Program-made: the position numbers and the translations under genes | Assembly (NCBI RefSeq): GCF_963921235.1 | Contig: NC_086097.1 | Span: forward strand, 69,378,001 to 69,442,000 | Origin: Mobula hypostoma | Taxonomy: Eukaryota | Direction of reading: 5' to 3' | DNA: 64,000 nt | Part shown: positions 11,361-24,876 of the stretch, in pieces | How the letters are laid out: each line of letters starts with the position of its first letter | Numbering within the stretch: position 1 is the first letter of the stretch | Notes under the pieces: model-generated | The model's input: the letters and a program-made list of their open reading frames with translations, nothing else | The model's database searches: none | What the model was told of the DNA's origin: nothing

Positions 11361-14300
11361 ACAGTGTGAACTCTGTCAATATTCAGAATGTAGGGACCAT
11401 GGAAAAAAAAGTCAAAGGTTCACTTGCTGGTTTAAAAAAAAATGGAAGAAAAAGATATTTTTTGGTAGTATTTGATCTTGACCTTAGTAGAGGCAAAGAA
11501 TGCCTTGTAAACTTTTTGTTGCAGAGAAAAATCAGACTCAAAATGCAAATGTTAAGATCTCCTGTTAATTATAACTAGTAATGTTCCTTTGTGGTGGTGT
11601 TTCTTTACTTCTGTCTTCCTTTTGCATAATTTATTCTGACTGGTTTCACTGGAGCATAGAAAATGCTTGCCACATTGTGAGACCATAAAATATAGGAACA
11701 GAATTAGGCCATTTTGGCCCATCGTGTCTGCTCTGCCATTCAATTATGGCTGATTTTAATATTCCTCAACCCCATTTTCCTGCTTTCTCTCTGGAATCTT
11801 TGACACCCTGACTAACTAAGAACTTATCAAGCTCTGCTTTAACTATACTCAATGAGTTGGCATTTATAGCCATCTGTGGCAATGAATTCCACAGATTCAC
11901 CACCCCCTGGCAAAGAAATTCCTCCTCATTTCTGTTCTAAATGGACATCCTTCTATTCTGAAGCTGTGCCATCTGATCTTGGACTCCCCCAGCATAGGAA
12001 AACTCTTCTCCACATCCACTCTATCTCGGCCTTTAAATATTCAATAGGTTTCAATGAGAACTTCCCCTCATTTTTCTAAACTCCATTGAGTACAGGCCCA
12101 AAGCCACCAAATTGACCTCATACATGAACCCTTTCATTCCTGGAATCGTTCTTATGAACCTCTCCTGCAAAGCCAGCACATCTTTTCTTGGAGAAAAGGC
12201 CTAACGCTCCTCAAAATATTCCACATGCTACCTGATCAATACCTTATAAAGCTTCAGCATCATATCCTATTTTTTAATATTCTAGTCCTCTCAAAATGAA
12301 TGCTAACATTGCATTTGCCTTAACTTACCACCAAGCCAACCTGCAAGTTAACTTTTAGGGAATTCTGCACGAGGGCCCCCAAGTCTCTTTGCATCTCTGA
12401 TTTTTTTTCCCCATTTGGTTTACACCTTTATTCCTTTGACTGAAGCACGTGACCATACACTCCCTGACACTGTATTCTTTGCACATTCTCCTAATCTAAG
12501 TCCTGCAGACTCCCTGTTTTCTCAACATTATCAGCTCCTCCACCTATCTTCATCATCTGCAGACTTGGGCGTAAAGCCATCAATTCTGTCATCCAAATCA
12601 TTGAGATAGAATGTGAAAAGGAGTGGTCCCAAATTCAGCCTTTGCGGAATTCTACTTGTCACCAGCAGCCAACTATAATAGGCCCCCTTTATTCCCACTC
12701 TTTGCCTCTTGCCAGTCAGCCAATCTTCTATCCATACTAGCATCTTTACTGTAATACCATGGGTTCTTATCCTGTTAAGCAGCCTTGTGTGTGGAACCTT
12801 GAAAATCCAATTAAACTACATCCATTGACTCTCCTTTGTCACTCCTGCCTGTTATTTCATCAAAGAGTTCCAACGGATTTGTCTGGCAAGATTTCCCCTA
12901 GAGAAAACCATGCTGACCGGCTTATTTTCTCATGTGCCTCCAAGTATCCTGAAACCTCATCTTTACTAATGGACTCAAATATCTTCCCAACCATTTAAGT
13001 TGGATTATCTGGCCTCCAATTTCCTTTCTTCTGCTTCCCTCCCTTCTTAATGTGTGGAGTGACATTTGCAATTTTCCAGTCCTCTGGAACCATTCCAGAA
13101 TCTAGTGTGATTTGTGAAAGATCATTACTAATGCCTCGACAATCAATTTAGCTGCCATTTTCAGAACTCAGGGTACCTTTAGACCTTTCAGCTTCTCCTT
13201 AATAATAGCAACTACTCTCACTTCTGGCCCTGGCACTCTCAGATTTCTGGCATGCTGCTTCTGTGAAGAATGATGCAAAATACTTACTAAGTTTGTCTGC
13301 CATTTCTTTGTCCTCCAATACTACCACCACATCATTTTCCAACTGATGACTATCCACTCTTGCCTCTTTATACAGTATATCTGAGAAAACTTTAGGTATC
13401 TTTGATACTATCAGATAGCTTACCTTCATATTTCATTATTTCTTTCTTTATGACTATTCGTTGCCTTCTGTTGGTTTTTAAAAAGCTTCCCGTTCCTCCA
13501 ACTTCCCACTAATTTTTGCTATATTATATGCCCTCACGTTTGCTTTTATGCTGTCTTTGACTTGCCTTGTCAGCCACGTTTGCCTCATCCTCTCTTTAGA
13601 ATACTACTACATCTTTGAGATTCATTTGTCCTACGCCTTCAGAATTGCTCCCAGAAACTCCAGCCTTTCCTGTTCTGCTGCCATCCCCGCTGTTGTCCGC
13701 CTCCAATCAACTTTAGCCAGCTCCTCTATCATGCCTCTACAATTCCCTCTACTCCACTGTAATACTGTTACCTATGACTTTATCTTCTTCCTCTTAAATT
13801 GCAGGGTGAATTTGATCATGTTATGATCACCTCCTCCTAAGGTTTCCTTTACCTTGAGATCCCTAATCAAATCCAGTTCATCATACATAACCCAATCCAG
13901 AATAGCCTTTCCCCTAGTCGGCTCAACCATAAGCCATCTTGTAGGCATTCTACAAATTTCCTCTCATGTTCCAGCACCAATCTACCTGCATGTTGAAATC
14001 CCTATGACTATTGTAACATTGCCCCTTTTGCATGCCTTTTCTATCTCCTGCTGTAATTTGTATCAGAGGTCTGTATATAACTTTCATCAGGGGCTTTTTA
14101 CCCTTGCAGTCTCTTAACTCTATCCACAAAGATTTTACATCTTCCCATTCTATGGCACCTCTTTCTAATGATTTGATTTCATTTTTGAGCAACAGAGTCA
14201 CCTACCCCCTCCACCTGCCTGTACTTTTAATATATTATGTACACTTGGATGTTAAGCTCCCAACTATGATCTTCTTTCAGCCAGAACTCAGTGATGCCCA

Positions 14301-14724
14301 CAATGCCATACCTGACAACCTTTAACTATCCTACAAGATCATCTACCTTATTCCATATACTGTGTGCATTCAAATATAACACATTTCAGTCCTGTACCCA
14401 TCACCCTTTCTGATTTTTGCCACCATATTTCATTTCAACTCATCCCACTGATTGCAATTTTGCCCTGTTATCTCTACACACCGCATTGACTTGTATAGCA
14501 ACTGCCCCATCTTCAACCTAGCAGTCCGGTTCCCAAACCCTCTCCAACAGTTATAGCAAACCTGCCTGCGAGAATGTTGGTCCCCTTGGGTTCAGGTGTA
14601 ACCTGCCCTTCTTGTACCTGTCATATCTTCCGAATCGATCCCTGCCCCCCACCCCCGCACCAGTTTCTCAGCCACTCATTCATCTATACTATCATCCTGT
14701 TCCTGCCCTGACTAGCACATGGTA

Positions 14725-15530
14725 CAGGTCCACAATTCCTTGTCCGAAATCCTTGGGGCCAGTTGCATTTCGGAATTTAGAATTTTTCTAATTTCTGAAT
14801 CTCTCCCTATTGGTTCCAAAAAACAAACAAAAAACACGCATGCTCAAGTCCCTTATGCACCTGTATCAGTGCGGTGGACTTTAGGACCCAGCGGANNNNN
14901 NNNNNNNNNNNNNNNNNNNNNNNNNNNNNNNNNNNNNNNNNNNNNNNNNNNNNNNNNNNNNNNNNNNNNNNNNNNNNNNNNNNNNNNNNNNNNNNNNNNN
15001 NNNNNNNNNNNNNNNNNNNNNNNNNNNNNNNNNNNNNNNNNNNTAAAAATATACAGCTTCAAACGAACCGAATCAAACACATGGTAAATGATTTATTGGA
15101 ATAAATGTAGAACGTCACTGTCACTATAAAACTTCAGTAACTTGTCTTTCTGTTTCTTTAAATCATATACAGTGGTAGTTCCGACACCATATTCTTCAGT
15201 AAGATGCCGCACAGACACACCAGGATCAAGCTTTTGCAATAACTCCACTTTCTGTGTTATTGGTAATGATAGATGCTTCCTTCTCTTTTTCTCATTGTTA
15301 CCTATAGGGGTATCTGCAGCTCTTTTTGACATTTTTAAAGTGAAATTAAACACAAAGTCAACAGTGAACACAAAATATCAGTGAACAGCAAATGCACGTG
15401 CAACCAGTACAAGCACTGAGCCACAACTGACGTCTGGCAGCCTCTGCTTGTGCTGCCACGTCACACCTGAGTGACGTCAGCTGTTGGTGAAAAGAAAACT
15501 TCAGTTTTCGGAGCTTTTTGGATTTCAGAA
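14725..15530 (-). mobile_element. Internally deleted Tigger/pogo DNA transposon, Tigger4(Zombi)-like; transposase 5' fragment starts at 15332
   Basis: TA then CAGGTCCACAATTCCTTGTCCGAAAT terminus; MSKRAADTPIGNNEKKRRKHLSLPITQKVELLQKLD..LTEEYGVGTTTVYDLKKQK is a CENP-B-type HTH; the CR1 sequence rejoins across it (ctagcacatggta|ctgggaataatccagag). Confidence 0.85.
14896..15043. other. Assembly gap (148 N)
   Basis: Run of N. Confidence 1.
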
Positions 15531-17354
15531 CTGGGAATAATCCAGAGATGACTAACTTGGAGGTCCTGCTCCTCAGTCTCTTCTCTGACTCCCTATACTC
15601 ACTGTGTAGGACTTCTTTTCCCCATTTCTACCTATGTCATTAGTGCCAATGTGCACCACAACATCTGATTGCTCACCCTCCCTCTGGAGAATCTTCTGCA
15701 GGCATCTTCTGAGACATCCTGAACCCTAGCACCTGAGAGGCAACACATGATCCTAGCGTCTCTTTTGCAGCCACAGAATCTCCTGTCCGTCCCCCTAACT
15801 ATTGAGTCTCCTATCACTATCGCCTTTCTGCTGAGCCTCAGAGCTGGGCACAGTGTCACTAGCCTGGCTGCTGCTACTGTGTCCTGATGGATCATCCCAC
15901 CTTCTCCCCCCACCCCCCAAAGTATCCAAAGGGGTTTACATGTTGCTGAGGTGAATGGCCACAAGGGAGCCTTGCACTGACTGAATACTATCATTACTTG
16001 TGGTTACCCATCTGCTACCTGAAGGCTGCACTCTGTGAGCACTTCAGTAAAATCTCATCTGAGGTTTTCAGCCTCCTGCATGATACTGAGTATATCCAGA
16101 TCTAGCTCCAATTCCTTGACTTTATCCGTCAGGAGCTGAAGTTGAATGCACATTCTGCAGATGCAGTCAGCAGGGAGACAGACAGTTGGATACCCTGCAA
16201 TCCCATATCTCACAGGAGGAGCCTGTGCCTTAACTACCGTCCTGCCTATGCTGTTATACCTCTAACTTCTCAGGCTTAAGTTGTAGCTTGACACTGGCTC
16301 ACTCACACAATGGCTGTTGTGCTTACACCTCACTTGTTCATATTGTCCCTATGAAGTGCTTAAGAGCTTGTTATGATCAAAGCTTGCCAAAAAGGTCTGA
16401 AAGGCCCTGAGCTCTTTTCAAAATTCACACTGCCTCACCAGCAAACAATTGCTTACGATGATTGAAGTGTACCAAAAGGTTCAGAAAGGGCCCCAACTCT
16501 TTTTAAACCGTGTACTGGAATTGGGAGGTGGCCTGATTCCAACATCCTACATTTACAAGATAGAAAGATTTGTAGAAAATTGGCACAAGTTTACAAAACC
16601 TGCTTATTTACCTGGCAAAGAGGGTTAGTCTTAGTCATTTATAAAACACAGGACATAATATGTCCAACTGAAGTGTTCCACTAAACAGCACTTGTTCCAT
16701 CTTTCATTTATATTTGCTTTATGTTTTCTTCTTCTGGTTTTGTTCAATTGCTTCATTTAAATTATCCGACATCAATAGCTTCAAAAAAAAAATCTTGTGT
16801 GCCTAATAAAAAGCAAGTTGCCCACAGATGGCAGTATGATCAATAATTTATGCTGAGTTGGAGATGTAATGTGTATCGGTTTCTCTTTCACTGTAAATTT
16901 CATGGAAAATTCTGATCAATGTTGAACATAATGCTGACCAGAATGTAATGGAGAATATAATTCAACTGCAAGAAATGCAATGTAGATTAAATATAATGCA
17001 ACATTTTACTCATAAAATTGACCCCTTGTGTGGGTTAATAACATACATCTATTCAAGTTGATTTTTATAAATTGTGCTTTGCCCTTTGCTACCTTTCTCT
17101 AATACATTTGTCATAATTACTAAAGCATTCAATTCCTATGTTTGCATTTCTAAGATTACCTCAGAACCAGTTCATTTCTGTGTTACTCAATGCCTTCAAC
17201 ACCAAACTTAGTTCATGCAACAGGATTTTCTCTGGGTAAGGATATTTTATGGAGGATTTTCATTTTCTGTATCCTCAATTGAGTGTGCACAATAATACAA
17301 AAATATTCTAAATCTTTGTTAATTGCCTGTTCATTCAATCAGAATATTGTGTGT

Positions 17355-18470
17355 GCCTTCAGGCTTCAGTACCTCCTTCCTGGCAGTAACAATGAGAAAA
17401 GGACATGTCCTGAGTAATGTGGGTCCTTAATAACAGATGGCTTCTTTCTGAGGCACCGCTCCTTGAAGATGTCTTAGATATGATAGAGACCTCTACCCAC
17501 GATGGAGCTGATTGTTTACAACTTCCTGTAGCTTTCACCCCTGTGCGGTAGCCCCCCCCCCCACACACCATACCAGACAGTGATGAAGTCTGTCCGAATG
17601 CTCTCCATGGAACATCTGTATAAATTTTCAAGTGTTTTATGTGACTAACCAAATCTCAAGTTCCTAATGAAATACAGCCACTGTTCTAATCTGGTCCCAA
17701 CCAGGCTAGATCCTCCAAGGTATATTCACTCAGGAACTTGACATTTTTCACATTCTCCACCTGATCCCTCTGAGGTTTGGTTTGTGTTCCCTCGTTTTAC
17801 CTTTCCTGAAGTCCACAATCAGCAAGGTTATTGCTGTGGTACCACTTACTGGTATATCTTGCTCCTGTCACCTCATTTCCATTTGAGATTCTATCAACAA
17901 TGACAGTACCATCATCAAATTTATAGATGGCATTTGAACTATGCCTGGTCACATAGTCATGGGTATAGAGAGAGTACAGCAGTGGGCACACATTTCTGAG
18001 ATATGCCCAGGGTTGACAGGAGTGATATTATTACCAGTCTGCACAGATTGTGGTCTTCTGATTAGGAAGTCAAGGATCCAGTTGCAGAGGAAGGTACAGA
18101 GGCCCAGGTTCCGTAGCTTTTCAATCAGGGCAGTAGGAATTATGGTGTTAAATGCTGAGCAGTCAACGAACAGCATTCTGACATGGGTGTTTGTATTGTC
18201 CTGGTGATCTACGGCCGTGTGAAGAGCCATTGAGATTGCATCTGCCGTAGACGTATTGTGGCGATAGGCAAATTGTAGTGGGTCCAGGTCCATGCTGAGG
18301 CAGGAGTTGATTCTAGCGATGAACAACTCCCCAAAGCATTTCATCACTGTTGATGTGAGTGCTACTGGACAATAGTTGTTAAGGCAGCTCACACTACTAC
18401 ACTGCTCTTCTTGGGCACGACTATAATTGTTGCCCCTTTGAGGCAGGTGGGAACTTTCAACTGCAGCACT
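17355..18470 (-). mobile_element. Rex1/Babar-type LINE RT fragment
   Basis: [51 protein letters not shown]. Confidence 0.85.
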
Positions 18471-18559
18471 GACAGTGAAAATTATTTTGTCAGGTATTTT
18501 AATGGAAAGCATTGCTTCTATGATTTAAAAAAAAAATCCTTACATTCAACTGCATTAGT

Positions 18560-18790
18560 TTTCTCTCTTCATAATTACCTCCTTTCCAAATGTGCTCCAT
18601 CTGCCCATCATCTCCCTCCTTAGTTGGTTCTACATATTGCCCACCGGCCCCTGCTTCACCCCTCCCTCTCAGCCCTTTATATTGGTTATTTCCCCTTACG
18701 CTCCTTTTGAATGATCTCATACTGAAACATCAGCCATCCCTCTGCCTCTACACATGCTGCTCGATCTGCTGTATTTCTTTCGCTTTTTTT
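18560..18790 (+). mobile_element. Decayed Penelope-like 3' end
   Basis: Pyrimidine-rich tract then ctgaaacatc...catgctgctcgatctgctg, resembling the terminal repeat of the 28-30 kb element. Confidence 0.45.
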
Positions 18791-19699
18791 TTGCAAAATA
18801 CATTTTAAAATTTGGCACCTTACCAATACATCCAAATTTACAAATTCAGGAATGTAGCAGTTCTTATCTCAACAAATGAGAATGGAATGATATGTCTGGA
18901 AGGGGTGCAGATTAAAGCTTTTCACTGTATTGGCACATGTGCCAATAGCAAACTAATTACCATTGTGACACAAGTACTAAGTGGTAAAGCAATTAGCTGT
19001 TCTTGTTTGGACTGGAGAATGTAAGATCATGAGAAACGTAAGCCTTTAGTCCCTCGTGAATTTAGTAAGATTTTTTAAATCTTTTACTTCAGTACTAAAT
19101 GCAATAATCTCCCCATATCCCTTGATTCACTAAGTATTTCTGTCCAGAATATACTGACTGAATAGGCTAATTGGTCATTGTAAATTGTCCCGTGATCAGG
19201 TGATGGTTAAGCGAGGTCACTGGGGCAGCATGGCTCAAAGGGCTGGAAGAGTCCATTCCACCCTGTTATTGCTGAATAAATAAAAAATAAATAACTGATC
19301 CTTCACATCCCCTTGAGCAGAGAATTCCACTGTCTACTTCTACCTGATGAAGGAATGAAAGAAGTTGAAAATTGCTGGTTCTGTAGCTGAAGGCATTGTT
19401 AATTTCCTTCCTTTTATGAAATTTAATTGATGAAGCCTCTTAAGCAAGCATCACGGGCCAAATTAAAAATACTACCAATGCTGTCAGTGCCAGTTAATGA
19501 ACCAAAATCACCGCCGTCTCTGAGGTCAACATCCCCAATATCGATGAGCTGGTTGCACAAAGTTTGTAGTTTTGGGCAGACCACATTTTTTACTTACATT
19601 TAGCAGCAGGCTCCTGGAACAGATATTCTATTCCTAATTCTGTCAGTGGGAAGAGACTACCAAGTTAGCCAGAGTCCCAGGTCTGCCAATCTCTACGAT

Positions 19700-20032
19700 T
19701 GCTCTGGAGTAGTCAAAGGTCCAAATATTTGCGTGTCTGCTTCGGAATCCAAGACCACTGGAGGTTGAAGAGCACAGACTATCTTGGGGTTAGATGATTG
19801 TGTATGTACTTGGATGGGAGGGAGGAACAGGGGCTTATTTTGCTGCTTGTTATGTTCCGTTTTGTTGTGCTTTGTGTTGTTCTGCTGAGCATCGTGGCAT
19901 TCTGTGTTAGCACTGGAATGCTGGCAACACTTGTGGGATGCCCCCAGCACACCTTTGAGTGTGTTGGTTATTCATGCAAATAACACATTTCAATGCAAAT
20001 AAACTTCAATCTTGAATAAACGTGAATCTTGA
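19700..20032 (+). mobile_element. Non-autonomous retroelement (same family as 40480-40882)
   Basis: Shared gggaggaacaggggctt..ttttgctg..gttctgctga body and common tail ending (a)atcttga repeats. Confidence 0.55.
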
Positions 20033-21319
20033 AGTAGATGAAGAAAAAGACACTGGGCTGCACTTAAAGTTTCCATGAAGACATGCTTCATCCCCAATGA
20101 CTGACGCAGTCTCTGACGCAGGGCCCTTCAAAGTGAAAAGGGAACATTTGGGATGGTATTCAGAACCTCTGCCTGTGTAAATGACGGAATAACCAGCCGA
20201 CTATCAAACTACTCCATTGGCCATAACAAGTCCATTTTGGCCTCATTTATCATTGTAGAACCAAGAACACCAGAGAAAAGGATGTTATCTTAACTCCCAA
20301 GTGATTTAACAAGAAGAAAACAAGAAAAAAACACTTTTTAAAATGATCTAACCTAACTGCTATATTCTTCAGGTCAAAATTGGTCTGAAGGCTACTGAGA
20401 CCATTCTTTACAGGTGATTCTTGCTCAGAGTGAAAATTGTCTCTTCAAGAAGTAAAATGCTTCTGTAGTCTATTCAGGCACAAACCAGTGCTGATGACAA
20501 CACTTCTGAGAGGAGAGCATCAGCCATTCCCAAATTAATACTAAAAGGTTCTAAACTGGTTCAACTTCATTTTAGGAGAAGGTTACATGAAACAGATAAA
20601 TATTTGAAACAAATAATGGGATGGAGGGTAAAGAGAGAAACATTAAGTGATACCTCACAGAAAATCATTTGAGCCACTGGTACTGTGCTGACTCACTACT
20701 TAACATAATCTTCCTTTATTTTACAAGTATTTATCTGTTTGAAAGCTAATATACAGTCTGTTTCCATATTTTTTCCATATATTATGGCAAGGTATTCCAT
20801 AACCATAAAATTTTACACACTACATAATCTGAATGCTGTAATTAATCACAAGGCACTACTCTCAATTGTCTCACAACCTTGTTTATTTTTTTCCTTTGAA
20901 CGTAATTGCATGAATTGACTTCGTAGAATTTAATGCCAAATAATTTCCGCAGGTGGTGACCCACCAAACCATTTGTATCTATTTTAAAGTTTTAAAAAAA
21001 ACTTCATAATGCTGATTTTCCAATGGAAGGAATACTTCAGTCTGATTTTAATTCATCAAGGCCCCACTTTTAATTTTAAAAAAAGATTATTCCCACAGTT
21101 CTTCAATACAGTAGAAATACTGTACCTTAACTTGATCAATTCTTGATTCTTCAACTTCAATCACAAACTTAAATACAAAATTAATGATTAATTTATTCTC
21201 TTAAATTATGTTCTGTTAAATATACATTGACTTTTTCCATACTGTATATTTGCTAAGTTGCCATAACTTTTTATAGCCAGGATTTTGTATAATTATCACC
21301 CAATTTCTTTCCCTTTTAG

Positions 21320-21780
21320 ATCATAAGGCATAGGAGCAGAATTAGACCGTTTGATCATGGCTGATTTATTATCCCACTCAACCCCTTTCTCGTGCATTCT
21401 ACCCATAACCTTTGACACCCTTACTAATCAAGAAGGTATCAACCTACACTTTAAATATACTCAATAACCTGGCCTCTATAATTGTCTGTAGCAATGAATT
21501 CCACAGGGAAAAAAAAATTCCTCCTTATCTCTTTCTAAAGAGATGAATTTGCTCTCCATTTAGAAAAAAGTCTACAACTTCATTCCTTGTACCAAAGTGC
21601 ATTACCACACATTTCCCTACCTTATACTGTATTCCATCAGCCACTTCTTTACCCATTCTCATAATCTGTCCAAGTATTTCTGCTTCCTCAGCACTGCCTG
21701 CCCACCATTATTATTGTATCATTTGCAAACTTGGCCACAAAGCCAACAATTCTGTCATCCAGGTTCATTATATATAAGGT
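21320..21780 (-). mobile_element. CR1 3' fragment
   Basis: cataggagcagaattagacc terminus similar to 11682 onward. Confidence 0.7.
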
Positions 21781-21839
21781 TAAAAAAGAGCTCTCATACT
21801 TTCAGCTCTTTTCAACAGGCTGCAATGAGCACAGGGCCA

Positions 21840-22905
21840 ATAAAAAGAAGGGAGGTGTAAGTGGAGTAGCCACTGTGAGTGAACAATGTCAGAGTGTCCA
21901 GGCTTAGGCAAGAACAAGCTTGGGCAAGTACAAGTGGAGGTTCTAAATAACTAAGTTTCTAGTATATTTTTTCTGTGCTGGTTAGCTAGCGTGCTGAGTA
22001 TGTGAACTGTTCCTTGTGTGAGATGTGGGAACTCTGGGAGATCTCCAATCCTCCTGATAACTATATCTGCATGAAGTGCATTGAGTTGCAACTCTTGAAG
22101 AGACCATGTTAAGGAACTGGAGCTGCAGATGGATGTTCTTTGCCTTATACAGGAAAATGAGGAGTTGATAGATAGGAGCTGCAGGGGCAAATATCAAGGT
22201 GACTGACAAGGGAGGAGAAGTGAATAGGCAGTCAGTCCAGAGTATCCCTGTGGCTGTTCCACTCATTAAGTATACCACATTGGATACTGTGGGGAGGGCC
22301 TACCAGGGGGAAGCCACAGCAACCAGGTTTCTCTGGTTCGGGGGTTGGGGGAGAAGAGGAGTGCAGTACAGTACTGATAGGGGATTGCATAATTAGAGGA
22401 GCAGAAAGCTGATTCTGTGGACATAAAGGAGACACCTGGATGGTATGTGCCTCCCAGGTGCTACGTCAGGGTTGCCTCGGATCGGATACACAGCATTTTA
22501 AAGGCAGAGGGTGAAAAATGGAGGTCCTCATAGGGAATGAGGCTGAAACGCAAAACCTCCAGGGTCGTAATCTCTGAGGGTAAGAACAGGATAATTTGGC
22601 AAATGAAGGCATGGCTGAGGAATTGGTGCAGGGAGTAGGGTTTCCAGTTTCTGGATCATTGGGATCTCTTCTGAGGAAATTATAACCCGTACAAAAAGGA
22701 TGGGTTACACCTGAACCCAAGGGGTACCATTATCCTTGCGGGCAGGTTTGCTACAGTTATGGGGGAGGATTTAAACTAATTTGGCAGGGGGTGGCAAACA
22801 GAGTGATAGGGCTGAGGATGGGGTAGTTGGTAGACAAGTAGATGCAGTGTGTAGTGAGACCAAGGAAGGACGGGCAGATGAATGAGCAAAATTGCAGTCA
22901 GTAAA
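21840..22905 (+). mobile_element. CR1 5' region / ORF1
   Basis: C-xx-C zinc finger region (tgtgtgagatgtggga), GD.IIRGAES.FCG and DGLHLN..GT esterase motifs. Confidence 0.75.
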
Positions 22906-23581
22906 TCACCGTACATCATGCTCTATGAATGCTTCACTGCAGCAAGCCCTGGAAGGCTTGTGAAGATAGAGGGTAAAATGAATGCAGCAGAATACAGGAA
23001 AATCCTGGAGGAGAACCTGATGCAGTCTGCAAGAAAACTGTGACTTGGGAGAAGATTTGGTTGCCAGCAAGACAATGATGACAAGCATAAAGACAAAGCC
23101 AGACAGGAGTAGTTTTAAAACAACAAAGTTAATGTCCTGGAGTGACCAGGTCAGGGTCCAGACCTCAATCCAATTGAGAATTTGTGGCTGGACTTGAAAA
23201 GGGCTGTTCACTCACAATCCCCGTGTAATCTGATAGAGCTTGAGCAGTTTTATAAGGAAGAATGGGGGAAAATTGCATCGTCCAGATGTGCAAAACTGAT
23301 AGAGACCTATCCACACAAACCGAAGGTTGTAATTGCCATCAAAGGTGCATCTACTAAATACTGACTTGAAAGGGATGAATACTTATTCAATTATTTTGTG
23401 TTTTATATTTGTAATTAATTTACATCACTTTGTACAGATATGTTTTCACTTTGACATGAAAGAGTCTATTTACTGTAGGTCAGTGTCAAAAAAAGCCTAA
23501 TTAAATCCACTGTGGTTCAATGTTGTAAAACAATAAAATATGAAAACTTCCAAGTGGAGTGAATACACGTTATAGGCACTG
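22906..23581 (+). mobile_element. Tc1 transposon 3' half (pseudogenised DD34E transposase)
   Basis: QQDNDDKH, PDLNPIENLWLDLKRAVH..NLIELEQFYKEEW..KGASTKY; terminus ..tataggcactg. Confidence 0.85.
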
Positions 23582-24329
23582 TGTACAGAATAATGCAGGA
23601 AAAAGGCCAGCGACAGCACAAAAGATCCTGCCCACTCTCTTTTTGGACCGTTTGCCCTACTCCCATCAGGGAGGAGGGTGTGTAGCATTCACACCAGTCC
23701 ACCAGACTTTCTCCAAGGCTATTTAACACCTCCACCCACTAACCCACCCCACCGAACCCCAAAACCTCTACTTTATCATTTCCTGTCAAGAGTCACCTTA
23801 TGTTCACAAAACAACCTTCAAATTGTCTTGATGTTTATATTTATTGTGTTTACAATTAGTGTGTTCTTTATCTTATTATTTTTGTGCTGCATTTGATCCG
23901 GAGTAACAATTATTATATCGTTCTGTTTTACACGTGTGTACTGTTAATTACATTAAACAATCTTTAATTCTGAACAATGTAGTTACTTTAAATGCTAAAC
24001 TTCCAGGCTAGATTGTAAAATTGCGCACTTGTTTTCCAACAAAGTAGGGAAACTGAGAAATGACTGACTTAATATAATATCTTATGTGGAAGTGCATTAT
24101 TAAAGACAATGTCACCGGACACTGCCTCCACCCAGAAAAAAAACTATCGTGGATATGTAAATGTGAGTTTTTGCCTAATAATCCCAACCGATTTTTCCCA
24201 TCGTAGGTCAATTGACATGCCCGTTAGCTTCCAAAAAGAGTTTGTAAAACTCTGATAATGAACCAATGATCTTTGAAGAAACCCGTAACTGTCATTTTTC
24301 ACCAACCATGTGGATAGCCTGACCTATTA

Positions 24330-24700
24330 GATTCCCGATTTTTCCCGGGAGATTGCTTAATTTTGCTTGCTGTGTAAATATGTCGATGTAAGAAAACCTC
24401 CCACGGTACTTGGCACGTAATTTAATTTCTCCTGTAAAAAATCCAACATCTCGTCATAGCTTGTTTCTGATCGCTAGCTTCCGGCGGAAGATGTATCCGG
24501 TTCTTTCGAGTGCCATGGCGGCTCGTGTGGTGCTGCAGCAGTGTCTCTCGGCTCGGCTGCTGGTGAAACCGGCAGCAAACGATGCAGCCGCCGAATACGT
24601 TCAGGTCCTGAGCGGCGGTCCTGGTGATTGCCTTTCCGTTCGGCAAGCAGTTCAGAGTTTCTAATAGAGTGGGGAAGGGTGGGAACTGAGGCACTGTTTC
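24330..24700 (+). promoter_or_regulatory. DTD2 promoter / small CpG island
   Basis: CpG-rich; palindromic double ETS core CTTCCGGCGGAAG at 24478-24490 immediately before the first ATG. Confidence 0.6.
24491..24604 (+). CDS. DTD2: D-aminoacyl-tRNA deacylase 2, exon 1 (ATG at 24491, or better-Kozak ATG at 24515)
   Basis: ARVVLQQCLSARLLVKPA..AAAEYVQ matches human ARALLQQCLHARLQIRPA..AAQWVE; donor CAG|gtcctg. Confidence 0.92.
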
Positions 24701-24806
24701 AAATTAGTCTCCCTCCTCTCTATTTCGGATGTTGTCACATGCGATGAATATAATTTGCGAAGAAGAATGTTTATTATGTTCTTATAGTTATTTCTGTATT
24801 TTATAG

Positions 24807-24876
24807 ATACAAAGAGGGACATTGATCTACATTTGCTTTTTTAAAGGTGCTAGCTTAGAGCTGATTCCCAGAATGA
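24807..24876 (+). CDS. DTD2: DTD2 exon 2
   Basis: ttatag|IQRGTLIYICFFKGASLELIPRM|gtaagt; 70 nt. Confidence 0.95.

Larger units (their letters stand above)
11682..16250 (-). mobile_element. Near full-length decayed CR1 LINE, interrupted by a Tigger element
   Basis: ORF1 SGNH-esterase motif KAIVIGDSIVRGTDRRFCG...LSGARVQDV; endonuclease SLWIELRDCKGKK..VIYRP; RT WIEDWLTGKRQRVGI..GPLLFTFYLNDLD. Confidence 0.85.

Noticed and set aside
11400-24400. GPR33 orthologue expected from human synteny
   Set aside because: No ~330-aa 7TM ORF or recognisable GPCR motifs; the region is mostly transposons
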